Shown here in pieces: positions 1 through 12,674 of a stretch of DNA of 64,000 nt (its first letter is position 1; each line of letters starts with the position of its first letter). Below the pieces are notes generated by a model that did not search any database, had not been told where the DNA came from, and saw only the letters and a list, made by a program, of their open reading frames with translations. The stretch is from assembly GCA_964016885.1 (NCBI GenBank), contig OZ024741.1, positions 141,856,001-141,920,000 of the forward strand, given 5' to 3'. A program made the position numbers and the translations under genes. Source of the DNA: Eledone cirrhosa. Its lineage: Eukaryota.

Positions 1-1872
1 GCGGCTGGATTTGGGCCCGTCTTCAGAAGCTGGATCGCTGCTATGCACAGTGACATCTGCTCTGGTGAGAGTGGTGAGAGTGAACAGTCACCTTTCGGAA
101 CCGTTCAACATCATGCGCTCGGTCCGCCAAGGATGTCCCCTCTCGTCCCTCTTGTACGTATTGACTCTCGAACCATTACTGCACAAACTGGAGACGTTGA
201 GGGAGGGGGGGGGGATTCCGCGCGAACTAGGATGCGGAAGATCCGTGTCAGCATATGCCGACGATGCCACCGTAGTGGTGTCGAACGCCAAACACATCGA
301 GGCGATCGGCACTACACTAAGAGAATACGAAGCGGTGACAGGAGCAATGATCAACCAGGAAAAGTCAGTGGGCCTGCAGCTCGGCACCTGGAGAGGCAGA
401 TCCATGCCGTCCAACAGCGTCGTCGGGCGCTGGACAGACAGACCAGTTAAATTGCTCGGGGTCTGGTTCGGTCCGGATCTCCAGACGGACAAAAACTGGG
501 ACGAGGTGACGAGCAGTGTGGCTTCTTTCACCCAGAAATGGGCCGAGAGGAAGGTATCCCTGAAAGGTCGAGCGGAGGTGGCTAACGCGTATATCGCGTC
601 CGCCATCTACTACCGCCTGACAGTCGAACCTTGTCCTAAGCCCCGCCTGACTGCGCTGGAGCGTTTGCTCTTTCGCTTTTTGTGGAAGGGACGCGCTCCG
701 ATGGTGAGGCAGTCCATCTGCCGTCAACACCCGCTACGTGGAGGGCTTGGAATGTCGTGGCTGATGATGCGCAGACACGCGCTCAGGCTACGACATCTCC
801 ACCTCTTCCTCGACGGTGATCAGGTGTGGTCTCCGTTTGCTAGACGCGTCTTTCCCCAACTCGTCTCCTTGACGGAGCTGCACTCCTGGGTCAAGCGAAG
901 ACCGAGAGGGAGCGCTTGGAGACTGGAATGTCTTCAGGCGCTCACAGCCCTTGACCAATCGGGCAAGGTGATCGGTGGAAACTCCACCTTGGCGTTCTAT
1001 AGAGGATTAGTGGAGGGGAAGAGCGACGACGTACTTGGGGAAACTCTAGGCGTCGACGAAAATCAACTAGCCAATCTCTTCGGAAAAACTTTCGGGCCGG
1101 AGCCTATGGACAACTTCCAGAAATTCCTGGCCTGGCAGTGCTACCGAGGAGCTTTGCCAGTTCGGGATAAACTCTACAGGCATGGAGGTGCCGTCAGCCG
1201 GGCATGTCCGAGATGCGCGCAGGGCGACGAAACCGTCCTGCACGCACTCGTCCAGTGTCCGAGCATTGCTGACTTGTGGGTTTATGTCGAACACCTGCTG
1301 TCGCGTGTAGGACGGATCCAGCTATCAGCTGAGTCCATCGTGAGGATTGCCCCGCCCTCTTCCTTTAGCCGGGAAGGGCAGGCAGTTTTTATCTGTCTGG
1401 TGGCCATGGCGAAAGAGATAGTATGGTGGACACGTTTGAAAGGGCTGAAGACGAGCACTTACCTCTTCGGTGATGCCCTGATTAACTTTTTCGAATTTCA
1501 TTTAAAAAGGAAAATCAGGGTAGAAAGGGAAGTGCTCTCTTCCCAGCATTTTGTTGAAAGATGGGTGAGAGAGGCAAGAATGGCCCGAGTGAATGGGCCT
1601 ACTCTGAGTATGTGTCTGTAAATTAAAGGTGGAAAACTTGGAGAGGGCACTTGCCCTGGTGGTCAGGTCACTGTGGCTTTTTAATGGGCTTTCTCCACGA
1701 ATGTCCCTCGGAAGTCTCCCCCCTATTGGGGAATATTTTCATCGTTCTATTATTACATCCTCTGTTTCTTGTTTTTTACACGCAGAAATGCCCATTTGTA
1801 CCGCCCTGTATTTTCCTGTACTGTCCTTAATGTCTACTTTATGTAGACCCTTGTGGTTAATAAAGAAAGCAT
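1..1872 (+). mobile_element. Tx1/L1-clade LINE family A, 3' part (ORF2 RT C-half, 3' UTR), followed by (ATT)n
   Basis: ORF 11-1621 has QGCPLS and YADD RT motifs and a CPRC..ETVLHALVQC knuckle. Near-identical to ORF2 at 40877-44296. The 3' UTR ends AATAAAGAAAGC then (ATT)n. Confidence 0.95.
11..1621 (+). CDS. Partial ORF2 (reverse transcriptase C-half plus CCHC) of a Tx1-like LINE, cut by the window edge
   Basis: ORF track 536 aa. The first ~20 aa differ from the intact copy, indicating a frameshift or small duplication near 60-80. Confidence 0.9.
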   Translation: MGPSSEAGSLLCTVTSALVRVVRVNSHLSEPFNIMRSVRQGCPLSSLLYVLTLEPLLHKLETLREGGGIPRELGCGRSVSAYADDATVVVSNAKHIEAIGTTLREYEAVTGAMINQEKSVGLQLGTWRGRSMPSNSVVGRWTDRPVKLLGVWFGPDLQTDKNWDEVTSSVASFTQKWAERKVSLKGRAEVANAYIASAIYYRLTVEPCPKPRLTALERLLFRFLWKGRAPMVRQSICRQHPLRGGLGMSWLMMRRHALRLRHLHLFLDGDQVWSPFARRVFPQLVSLTELHSWVKRRPRGSAWRLECLQALTALDQSGKVIGGNSTLAFYRGLVEGKSDDVLGETLGVDENQLANLFGKTFGPEPMDNFQKFLAWQCYRGALPVRDKLYRHGGAVSRACPRCAQGDETVLHALVQCPSIADLWVYVEHLLSRVGRIQLSAESIVRIAPPSSFSREGQAVFICLVAMAKEIVWWTRLKGLKTSTYLFGDALINFFEFHLKRKIRVEREVLSSQHFVERWVREARMARVNGPTLSMCL

Positions 1873-2134
1873 TACTATAATTATTATTATTATTATATTT
1901 TTTTATTATTATTATTTCGAAATAAATAGTTTGTGTTTGTCTTTTTTGCGGTTGTGTATGGCTGTTATTGATTGATGGTTTTTAAACTCTGATATTGTAT
2001 AAACTAGAAATTTCAACATCGTGACATTTTACCAGTTTCAATATATTAGATATTTTGAACTCTATGATAAAATATGAATTTATTCCTGTTTTGTTCTTGT
2101 TTTGATTTTGGTTTTTTATTCATTGATTTCTAAT

Positions 2135-2492
2135 ATCTTCTTTGCTCATTTATTCCGAAGAGATCTATAAGAGCAGAGGCCTCGGACACATGCCTTCCAG
2201 TGTCCTATCAGAAGCTACACTCTCCAAACAGACCGCGGGGATTCTCAAGCGGAACCAACCGAGCTTATGAATGTTATCCAACCAACTTGCTCTTGGTCTA
2301 TCTCATGGTCCCCTGCTGGTTAATTTCACCCATAAAATCTGTCCTGCGATTCTACCCTTAGAGAAGTAGCTGGTCTAACTGGTGCGACTCCCTGATATCC
2401 ATGCTACATACCCTATCGACTAACGTTACTCCAAATACACTTTGGAGGAACCCTATTTCTGCCGCTTGCATTCGCGATCGTATTCACTCGGT
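2135..2492 (-). mobile_element. Degenerate 3' fragment of an RTE-clade LINE (GAA-tailed family)
   Basis: Reverse complement aligns by eye to 37700-38058 (ttggataacat(t/c)cat(a/g)agct.gg.tggt..cgctt ... gaataa.tg.gc.aagaaga). Confidence 0.7.
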
Positions 2493-2493
2493 C

Positions 2494-2553
2494 AAGAAGA
2501 AGAAGAAGAAGAAGAAGAAGAAGAAGAAGAAGAAGAAGAAGAAGAAGAAGAAG

Positions 2554-2583
<30 letters not shown>
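2494..2583. repeat. (AAG)n microsatellite
   Basis: About 30 perfect units. Confidence 0.99.
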
Positions 2584-2584
<1 letters not shown>

Positions 2585-2722
2585 GGGGCGGGATCACTTC
2601 GCTCCACGGAAAGAATTTTAAATCCCAGGGTAGTAATTTTAGCCAAGGGGAGAACTGAGCAGAAATGTTAGTCGGGGAAAGATATATCAAACGACATACC
2701 AATATACGACAATATAGTGTAT

Positions 2723-2791
<69 letters not shown>

Positions 2792-2888
2792 ATATATATA
2801 TATATATCAAATTGAATATATGTATATCATATGAAATACCAAAAAAGCCAATTAGAGTGTATACTGTGTATATAGTATTCAATATTTA

Positions 2889-4245
2889 CAGTGGCGGCCA
2901 AGAGATAATGGGGGCCCACCCACAAATAGAATGCTATCATTTAATTTTTATAATGAATAAATAATATTTTCAAAAAATACATAAGTGAAATCAAAACAGT
3001 GCAATCAAATTTTTGCGGGAAAAAATGTGTAGTTTTTACTAATTATAGTGTATGTATACTGTACATATTACTGGCAGTATACAGTAATACTAAATGTTAA
3101 TACAGAATATTATACTTACATTTTTAAATAATTGTGAATGTATAGTATACGATATAATTCGTTGAAACTGAAGGAGGTTGAGATGTGAAAAACATTATTC
3201 AATGTTTGTGACCTGTTCAATCTCATACATTCTTTTTCCTTCTTCCTTCGAGTCGAGTCAACTCACATCGAGCCGCTGATCTCTGTTCTTCTAGGTAATA
3301 TTTTACCCAACGCCGCTTCGACGGCATTTTGCTGTTGTAACAGCTTCCATACGCCGAGTTTCCCCATTTCCTTGAGAATATATATATATATGTATATATA
3401 TATAGTTTATCAAAGTTATTTCGCTGCACATCTGCAACATCGTCAGTGGTGCTATTGTTTCCTCCCGTTGCATTGTATTTTCTACGCCATCTTTATTTAG
3501 TCTGTTTATATATTTATTTATTTATTTGTTTATTTTATTTTGTCTCATTTGCGCATGTAACGCGGAGTTATTGTAGGTTCACCCGGGTGAGCACTCGGTG
3601 TTTAGTATTCTGTCATTACTACTACAGAGGTCCGACGAGTTGTTGATTCCTGAGTCGAGCCATATCGAACCTTGAGCTGATTAGTAGCGAAACGCGCGTC
3701 ACCAACCAATAAACGTAATGAAGGGGTAACCATTCATCCTTGTATTATTATTAGTATATATATATATATATATATATATGGTATTAGGATTGGTGCTCTG
3801 AAATAACGATGTATACATGAATGTATGTATAGTATCTATATATACCGTATGTTTAATTTAAAACATTTAGAAAATCATACGCTATCAGTTTTAAAGTAGT
3901 GACTATATCACTTACTTCTTTTCGGCGAAAGAAGGGGGAGAAGCGGACAGTCTGTTTCACGCTGGTTGGCGTCCATCAGAGCCACGTACTCCCCTGCTTT
4001 CGCCGAAAATTATAGAAGCTGGCTTCTTATAGAATTCCAGTAATAATTAGGAGCTGATTATACAGAGCAATTGCCGGTCCAGCAAAAATTAGGTATTTGG
4101 ATTGGTGCTCTGATATAGCGATTTATACATGAATGTATGTATAGTATATTTGGCAATATACTAAATAAACATACGGTATATTGCCAAATATACTATACAT
4201 ACATTCACGTATACATCGCTATTTCAAATATACTATACATATATA

Positions 4246-4331
<86 letters not shown>

Positions 4332-4388
4332 GAAAGGTATAGAAAACACTGCAGCGAAAAGCCAACAGCATTCCATAATATATATATA

Positions 4389-4458
<70 letters not shown>

Positions 4459-4764
4459 TGTGTGCGTGTGTGTGTGTTTCCATGTATGTATGCTGTATGC
4501 ATGCATGAATGAATACAGTAAACTAGACAACCAGTAATTCTAACTGTTAGCACTATCATATTTCTATTAATTCCCTAGGAAATTGTTTGACCAAATGCTT
4601 TGCTTATTTTGTATTTATTTTTAACATATTTTCATTCTTTCTCTTAGATTTATTTTTAAGCATTGGCCCCTAAAATACTACAGTGGGACTCTGCAATACC
4701 ACCGTGGGCCCCCTGGGGCCCATTTGCCATTGGGAAACCTGGCAACCTAGCCAGTCCGCCACTG
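2889..4764. mobile_element. Non-autonomous hAT-like DNA transposon with secondary insertions
   Basis: TIRs CAGTGGCGG (2889) and CCGCCACTG (ending 4764). 8-bp TSD aatattta (2881-2888) / aatattca (4765-4772). Subterminal GGGCCC motifs at both ends. Confidence 0.8.
3629..3703 (+). ncRNA. Type I hammerhead ribozyme candidate with enlarged stem II
   Basis: ggt-CCGACGA-gttgttgatt..gattagtagc-GAAA-cgcgcg-TC-acc. Palindromic stem III, U4C core variant, AATAAA at 3708-3713, inside a (TA)n-flanked insert. Confidence 0.7.
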
Positions 4765-4900
4765 AATATTCATATATATGAAATGAAATAGCAATAAATC
4801 TAACTATAGTGTATATGTATCAATTAAAATTAAAAATATATACCCAACTGTAGTGTACATTGTTTATATATCAACTGAAATACCAATATATCCAACTGGA

Positions 4901-4932
<32 letters not shown>

Positions 4933-5243
4933 GTATATATGAAGAAACAGGGGCTGTGTGGTTGCTAGATAAAGTGTATTTAGAAATATCTGTTGGTGAT
5001 CACCGACATTTCTACGCATATATATATATATATATATATATAAGTATGTACACGTACATACATATATGTATACAGACGTACAGTAGTATGTATATATATA
5101 TACATACATGCACACATATATATATGCACGTATGGATTCACCGAACATTTATCATAATGCTTGGTGTTTGTAAACAACCATCCCGTATTAAGCCGTAGTG
5201 TCTAGCAACCATCGTTGCTCGTTTGTTCAACACTGACAAAGGA

Positions 5244-5286
5244 ACGCTGTACTAGTTTCAAGCTTATTAGCTATCGTCAGCAACGT
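5244..5286 (-). ncRNA. Minimal type I hammerhead ribozyme
   Basis: Minus strand reads acgttg-CTGACGA-tagc taataa gctt-GAAA-ctag-TA-cagcgt. Stem I acgttg/cagcgt, palindromic stem III. The stem II closing pair is a non-canonical U-U. Confidence 0.75.
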
Positions 5287-5944
5287 ATACCTTTCTGCCA
5301 GATTGTTGAACGTATATACTTACCTTATGCATATTAACGGATGAGTAGCCCAATTTGCATATCGAGTGGGTTAATCGGCCGGGTGCACCGAAAACGATAA
5401 ACGGAAAAAATGAAACGAAATTTCATTTCCCACTCTTAGTACGGCTGTTACTTAAATATAAGTATGTACACGTACATACATATATGTATACAGACGTACA
5501 GTAGTATGTATATATATATACATACATGCACACATATATATATGCACGTATGGATTCACCGAACATTTATTATAATGCTCGGTGTGTTTGTAAACAAACA
5601 TCCCGTATTAAGCCGTAGTGTCTAGCACACCGTAGTGTCTAACACACCGAGAATTATAATAAATGTTCGGTGAATCCATACGTGCATATATATATATGTG
5701 TACATGTATGTATATATATATACATGCTACTGTACGTCTGTATACATATATGTATGTACGTGTACATACTTATATTTAAGAAACAGCCGTACTAAGAGTG
5801 GGAAAGGAAATTTCGTTTCATTTTTTCCGTTTATCGTTTTCGGTGCACCCGGCCGATTAACCCACTCGATATGCAAATTGGGCTACTCATCGGTTAATAT
5901 GCATAAGGTAAGTATATACGTTCAACAATCTGGCAGAAAGGTAT

Positions 5945-5987
5945 ACGTTGCTGACGATAGGTAATAAGCTTGAAACTAGTACAGCGT
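5945..5987 (+). ncRNA. Minimal type I hammerhead ribozyme (second copy)
   Basis: acgttgCTGACGAtaggtaataagcttGAAActagTAcagcgt, with one extra stem II mismatch. Confidence 0.7.
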
Positions 5988-6252
5988 TCCTTTGTCAGTG
6001 TTGAACAAACGAGCAACGATGGTTGCTAGACACTACGGCTTAATACGGGATGGTTGTTTACAAACACACCGAGCATTATAATAAATGTTCGGTGAATCCA
6101 TACGTGCATATATATATATGTGTGCATGTATGTATATATATATATACATACTACTGTACGTCTGTATACATATATGTATGTACGTGTACATACTTATATT
6201 TAAGTAACAGCCGTACTAAGAGTGAGAAATGAAATTTCGTTTCATTTTTTCC

Positions 6253-6384
<132 letters not shown>

Positions 6385-6422
6385 TCCTTTCGACTTGCTT
6401 CGTCTCCTAGTTATATATAGAT

Positions 6423-6500
6423 GAAAAGATTCAAGACCCCGACGGCTGAGCTCCGACCGTTTCGACAGCTAGCTCAAACGTCGGGGTCCTGAATCTTTTC
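6423..6500. repeat. 30-bp-arm inverted repeat with a hammerhead 3' half (GAAACGGTC, minus strand) in the loop
   Basis: gaaaagattcaagaccccgacggctgagct / agctcaaacgtcggggtcctgaatcttttc; the loop contains gaccgtttcg. Confidence 0.85.
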
Positions 6501-6606
6501 TTATTACCCACACTACTACACCAAATATCGAGTACTCTGGTGGATTATGATCTAGCTGGTTTTTAGCACACCCTATCTGATACATACATATGTATATACA
6601 GAGAGA

Positions 6607-6702
6607 GAGGGTGTCCCAAAAGTGTATACACGTTTTATTACCTGAACAGACAATATTTATTAGAATGCTAGTGAAGTGTGTCCATATTTTTTGGACACCC
6701 TG
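6607..6702. mobile_element. ~95-bp Tc1/mariner-type MITE
   Basis: Imperfect TIRs agggtgtcccaaaagtgtatacac / gtgtccatattttttggacaccctg followed by TA. Confidence 0.6.
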
Positions 6703-8171
6703 TATATATATCAAATAAAATACCAGAGTAGCCAACTGGGCATTGTGTATATCAAAATGAAATATCGATGTACCCAACTATAGTGTGCATTGTTTATATA
6801 TCAAAAGAAATACCAATAAACCTAACTATAGTATATATTATATATATATATCAAAAGAAATACCAATATACTCAATTGGAATTAACTGAAACACTCGTCG
6901 TCGGAACCAACGGAGGCCCAAACATATAATAGATTTGCTTCGACAGTTTGTAACGTATTAGATTCTTACTTAGTCAAACATGATCTTTACATGTTATAAC
7001 CTTCAAATTGTTTTAGACCAAAACAATAAAATCCATTTAGAGAATCTTTAATTCATATTTCTTTCGTAGTTGTTACTTAAAGATCATTGACGCTATCAAA
7101 GATTATTCCCTTAGAAGTAAAACAATACTTGAAATCTATTTTATTTTCAAATACTGAAACAAACAATGCAATGACGAAAATAAGTAAATATGTTTTATAT
7201 CGAATATGAACCATATAAGACGTGTGATTATAGCTTCGAGCAAATTAAAATAGAAATTAATAATATATCGATGTTTTCTATTATCAAACGTCTAATGATT
7301 TCTCTATTCTTAATAGCTGGAACAAACTTTTTTTTCTGAAGTAAGTCAAAAACAGCTGGTGTATTTCATCTTAAATAACGACAGCTCTATAGAATTTTAA
7401 AAATAAAATATTACATATGAAAGCTCATTATAATGGAATATACATTTCTTAAAATAGTTTTGTTTTGGTTCTTTATGCTTCCTGTTTCTACTTGATTCAA
7501 ATTGTCAATTTACGTCATCCAAATCTGCAAAATGAAAATGAAAAGAAAGAAAAAGAAACGAAAATAAAATTCAACGACGTGAGGAAAACTTCTAGAAAGG
7601 AATTCACGAATATACATACTTTGCCGTACATTTTTGAAGTACGTTTTCTATTTTATTTTCATATATTTTAAAATATTCACTGTTGATGACAAGTGTTTCA
7701 GTTAAAACTACTAATTTGTAAAGGAAATGTATATATATCAACTACACGGATATATTGAAAAGACTGATTTCCGTGTGAATAGTTTTCTAGAATATTCTGA
7801 AAGAATGAAATACCGATAAAAGAAATGAAAACCTATATACGGATATTTGTTTCTTTAACATGGAAATTTTATATAACATTTTAACAACTCTCTCCTTCAT
7901 AACACTATTATATCCAAACTTTGTAACTATAGAATATAGTATTTATTTAATCACATCTGAATAACTATAAGAGCAGAACGTCTTCCCCTGGGGAAGGTCA
8001 TATATTTTCCCTTGTAAACTAATAAGATATATAAGATTTCTATTGGTTGATATATCACATAACCGGCAAATAATTGACAGAATGCTTTGCTGTATTTATT
8101 CGTTTCAAATCTTCTCCCTCTCGCTCACTCTGTCTCTCACTTTTTCTATATATATATATATATATATATAT

Positions 8172-8245
<74 letters not shown>

Positions 8246-8954
8246 AGAGATGGTTTCAATGATGAGAGTTTCCGTTGCCAGATCAACAGAACATCATGCC
8301 CGTGAAACTAACCGCAAGTTGCTGAGCATTCCACAAACACATGCACAAATCTTGAAGCTGCTCTCAGTTCATGTAGACTAATATATATGTTAAAAAGCGA
8401 CATGATGCGGCTCTCGTTTCATGCGAACGATTATAAATATTAAAGGCTACGTGAAACGGCCCTAACCGTGAATCAATACCAAACTTATCTCCCAACTTAG
8501 ACTAAAGTTCCCAACACAAAATATTTTTGTCTACAAAATTCTCATTTATGTCTCACGATTTCATTGTATTTAATCCTATTGTCTAATACATATCTGCTAA
8601 CCTTTAGCAAGATCAATCAATACTTAGCATTGGGGTTACATTGGACAAATAATTCTATCTGTGATTTCATGGTATATATATTTATATAAAGACTACTTGT
8701 TCACCATAGTAACAACATTGGGAAATATAAAAAGTTTCTTTTGATGTCATTCGAAAACAAAAATCAATAGAATTAGATCAGTGAAATTACGAATGACGCT
8801 TAGAAACCAAACACGCATTAGATAAACATGCATCGCAACATGGAGAGATGCAGTCATCCATTTATCTTGATGTTTAACTATGCCTACATGTTTTATTGAA
8901 TAAATGTGTTGAGCCGTATTTAGAAACCAACACACACATACACACACGCGTGCA

Positions 8955-9078
<124 letters not shown>

Positions 9079-9340
9079 TATGTATTATGTATATATGTAG
9101 TAAGTATATAAAGTATATATATATATATATGTGTGTGTGTATGTGTGTGTATGTATGTGTGTGTATGTATATGTGTGTGTGTATGTGTGTGTATGTATTT
9201 ATATATATGTATATATATATACCTTAACACTTCACACAAAGTAAAACATTTCGTTTTAATCATTTTCTAACCCAGAAAAAAGAGAGAAACAAAAAATGAA
9301 AAAAATATTTTTTTATTCCTAATAATCGTCTCTTTCTCCC

Positions 9341-9384
<44 letters not shown>

Positions 9385-9497
9385 AAAAGTAAATGAGACA
9401 TCGGTGATAGTTGACTCAACAAGCTATTTACTATGGTAGGTTCGTTGAAGGGTAGTTCCTTGATCGTTCCGTGATCAGTAGTTGTTGGACAATTTAC

Positions 9498-9763
9498 AAG
9501 AGGTAAAAAGAGGATTAACACAGATAAGCTATATAATAGGGCTTATTCCAAGCATTTACAACTCGATTTGAAATACATAAAGTAATACGTGTATGGTGAG
9601 TTTTCAAAACACCGGGTTTTGAAATTTTGCCAGCCACGTTCTATTATTTAGGATAGCGATTTCAAGACAAAAATCAATTTAACACCGGAGATGAAACATG
9701 TGTAAATGCTTGGAATAGACCATATTATATCGCTTATCTGTGTTAATCGTCTTTTTACCTCTT
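9498..9763. repeat. Inverted repeat (~62-bp arms, 140-bp spacer) in a (TA)n-flanked insert
   Basis: aagaggtaaaaagaggattaacacagataagc...agcatttaca versus tgtaaatgct...gcttatctgtgttaatcgtctttttacctctt. Confidence 0.9.
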
Positions 9764-10277
9764 ATATATATTTATATATAGATATATATATATATATACA
9801 TGTGTGTGGGGTGGGTGCGTGTGTGTGTCTGTCTGTTTGTCTGTCTGTGTGAATGTCAACTTTCTTACTATTTTAAATATCTTAGTTTTCGCACCTATGT
9901 AAACTAATTTGGTTCTAGAAAGAACTAGAAGAATCGATCAGGTGACTGAAAAGGATTCAGTTCTTTGAAAGACATGAAGTTTGACGATACATAAGATATA
10001 ATTGAAATTTAGTCGGAATGAGAACACATGTATTCAAAGATTTCATAAAATACCATATAAAACCAGATTGACATCTGGTGCAAGAAATATTGCCGGCTTA
10101 ATATTGCTGGCTTAATTAGTTGAATGTTGTTCGAACAGATTTTGTAAAGTATTTGCAATTCTATATATAAAAGTTCAAGAGTAAATTAATTGAGGGGTAT
10201 TAGATCTTGTGTTGATAAGAAATTAAGAAATTAAAACAATGTAAGTGCATGGATTTTTCAACGCTATATACTAATTT

Positions 10278-10694
10278 AGAAACTGGCGGTGAGAGACCAC
10301 AGCTGCGGTACTACTGACTTGTAGTTAGATTCTCTCAAGAAAGAATAGTTGGACAGATTATAAGGTAAAATGCCATCGACAGTAGGCCAGAAGTAGACTA
10401 CTAACAAGGTGGTTGAATAACAAGCATAAGCTAGGATGGTCTTGCTTGGAGATCCATCCATTTTGGAGGTAGTTGCTTCTTGTAGGAACCCTCTGGAAGG
10501 CGTAACTAAAGCGAATTTCTCGGGAATAAGTGGACAAGAAGAAGAAGAAGAAGAAGAAGAAGAAGAAGAAGAAGAAGAAGAAGAAGAAGAAGAAGAAGAA
10601 GAAGAAGAAGAAGAAGAAGAAGAAGAAGAAGAAGAAGAAGAAGAAGAAGAAGAAGAAGAAGAAGAAGAAGAAGAAGAAGAAGAAGAAGAAGAAG
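10278..10694 (+). mobile_element. RTE-clade LINE 3' fragment with an expanded (GAA)n tail (10536-10694)
   Basis: Similar to 37780-38058; ends ggaataagtggacaaGAAGAA... Confidence 0.7.
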
Positions 10695-10838
10695 ACTCGA
10701 GTTGCTAATGTTGGTATGACAAACTGTGGGGGGAGGGGTCACTTCGCTCCCAGGGAAGGAATTTTAAATCCCAGGGTAGTAATTTTAGCCAAGGGGAGAA
10801 CTGAGCAGAAATGTTAGTCGGGGAAATATTTATCAAAC

Positions 10839-10944
10839 GACAATATAGTGTACCAATATACGACAATATAGTGTACCAATATACGACAATATAGTGTACC
10901 AATATACGACAATATAGTGTACCAATATACGACAATATAGTGTA
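10839..10944. repeat. 23-bp minisatellite (gacaatatagtgtaccaatatac) x ~4.5
   Basis: Perfect tandem copies visible directly. Confidence 0.95.
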
Positions 10945-11355
10945 AAAGCCAGAAATTTGGGAAATGGGAAAAATTGATTACATAGACCCCTGTACTTTTT
11001 TATCGACCCCAGAAGGATGGAAGGTGAATTTGACCTCGGTGGAATTTGAATTCAAAACGTAGAAATTTGTAGCTACATGTCACAAAGAATCTTGTCCTGT
11101 ACTATAATGACTATGTCAATCCACCGCCTTCAAGTCAGTTATTAAATTCTCTCTAGCATTGGCACAAGCCCAGCAATTGGGAGAAGGGGAGAGTCGGTTA
11201 TATCTACCCTAGTACTTAACTGGTACTTTGTTTTATCGACCACAGGAGAATGACAGACAAATTTGACCCCGACAGTATTTAAACTCAGAACGTACAGAGG
11301 CGGGACAAACTCTGCTAATACACCCCCTCTTGTCTGTCATTAATAATAGAAAAAT

Positions 11356-11541
11356 GGCGGTGAATTGGCAGTATCGGTAGAGGGTCGGACGCCATGCTTT
11401 GACGCATAGAGTTACGGCCCTTGCCATTCTGAGTTCAAATCCCGCCGAGGTTAACTTTGCCTTTCATCCTTACGGGGTCGATAAAATAAAGTACCAGTAA
11501 TGTACTGGGTAATTGCTGGCCTTGTGCTAAAAAGTAGAAAC
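11356..11541 (+). mobile_element. tRNA-derived SINE, family 1
   Basis: A box tggcagtatcgg, B box gagttcaaatcc, core gcctttcatccttacggggtcgataaa. TSD taataatagaaa (11341 and 11545). Older minus-strand copies lie at ~10945-11320. Confidence 0.9.
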
Positions 11542-12674
11542 AATTAATAATAGAAATATTTGTTTAAACAAGTTGTGGAGATTTAAATGGGAGGAACTGT
11601 AGTTCTTTTCTGACTCCGCGTGAGTTTAGATTTCTTAAAGGTTTGTCCAAACGAAAAACGGATAGGTTTTATTAAGCTGCTGAGTGGATGTATTAGGTAA
11701 TTAGGCGATATAATTGTTCCTAATTACCTTATATTTTAATACTCAGTGCGTAAAATGTATCTTGGTCATTTAGAAACAAACAGAAATGACTTTGGTGTAA
11801 AAAAGCATGTTTATAATAAAAACGTGATTCTATATTAACAGTGGCATTAATTTTTACTCAAGAATATATCCTATTTGTTATTCAAATAATAAGAAATGGT
11901 AGAATAATTAATCAATCTAATATATTTATTGGAAACTGAATCATCTGAATGAATGGATGAATGATTAAGCATGGATATAATAACAAAAATTGTTAATTAA
12001 GATCTTTAATGGTAGCCTAGAACTGTTAAAGACATGTGCGTGAATTTGGTGTTAATTTAAGCTTTAAATTGAGGTGTGAATTGAAGAGTAAATCTAACAG
12101 CAAATTATTAAATGAGTTTAATGTTTTGAATCGGGGTATTTAATGGATGCAGCATAACCGAATGGTTGAAGAATTCATCTCGCAATCATTCGGCCATGAA
12201 GGTCATCTCCTCTCTAGATCTGCAGACACTCGATTTCTTCCAGTGAAGGACAGAGAATGTAATTGAGAGGAAGTGAAAAAGCTATATAGGGGACGAATCA
12301 ATCCTAGTAGAAAAATAGTACTTTTGACGACCTCAAAGGCTAGAAGACAAAGTTGACCTCAACAGGTTTTGAACTCGGAGCGCAGGACTGAACGAATACT
12401 GCAAAGCAAACTATCCAACGTTCTAACGACTATTATAGAACCTCGAAAATAGATAAATATCTTCGAAAAAGACAAAACGTTTTTCCTCTGTTGAATCATG
12501 GAATTAAGACAAAACAACAGTTTATATTTTTGTTTAATTTACTTTACTATCATTTTTTATGAAACTAAAATATTTGTTTCAGTTTTGTAGGTGAATTGAA
12601 ACTTTTCATATATATTTCTCTACTAAGTAATAAAATATTGTATGCTTATTCAGTACCATTATATATAACACGAC

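Noticed and set aside
5338-5400. Second hammerhead (cggatgag/ccgatgag ... cgaaaac) in the 420-bp unit
   Set aside because: Stems I and III cannot be formed.
10839-10944. CRISPR-like appearance of regular repeats (also 34593-34880)
   Set aside because: No unique spacers and no cas genes, in a eukaryotic context; these are minisatellites.
11356-11450. tRNA genes suggested by A/B boxes (also 38390-38420)
   Set aside because: No cloverleaf; these are SINE heads with cores, tails and TSDs.
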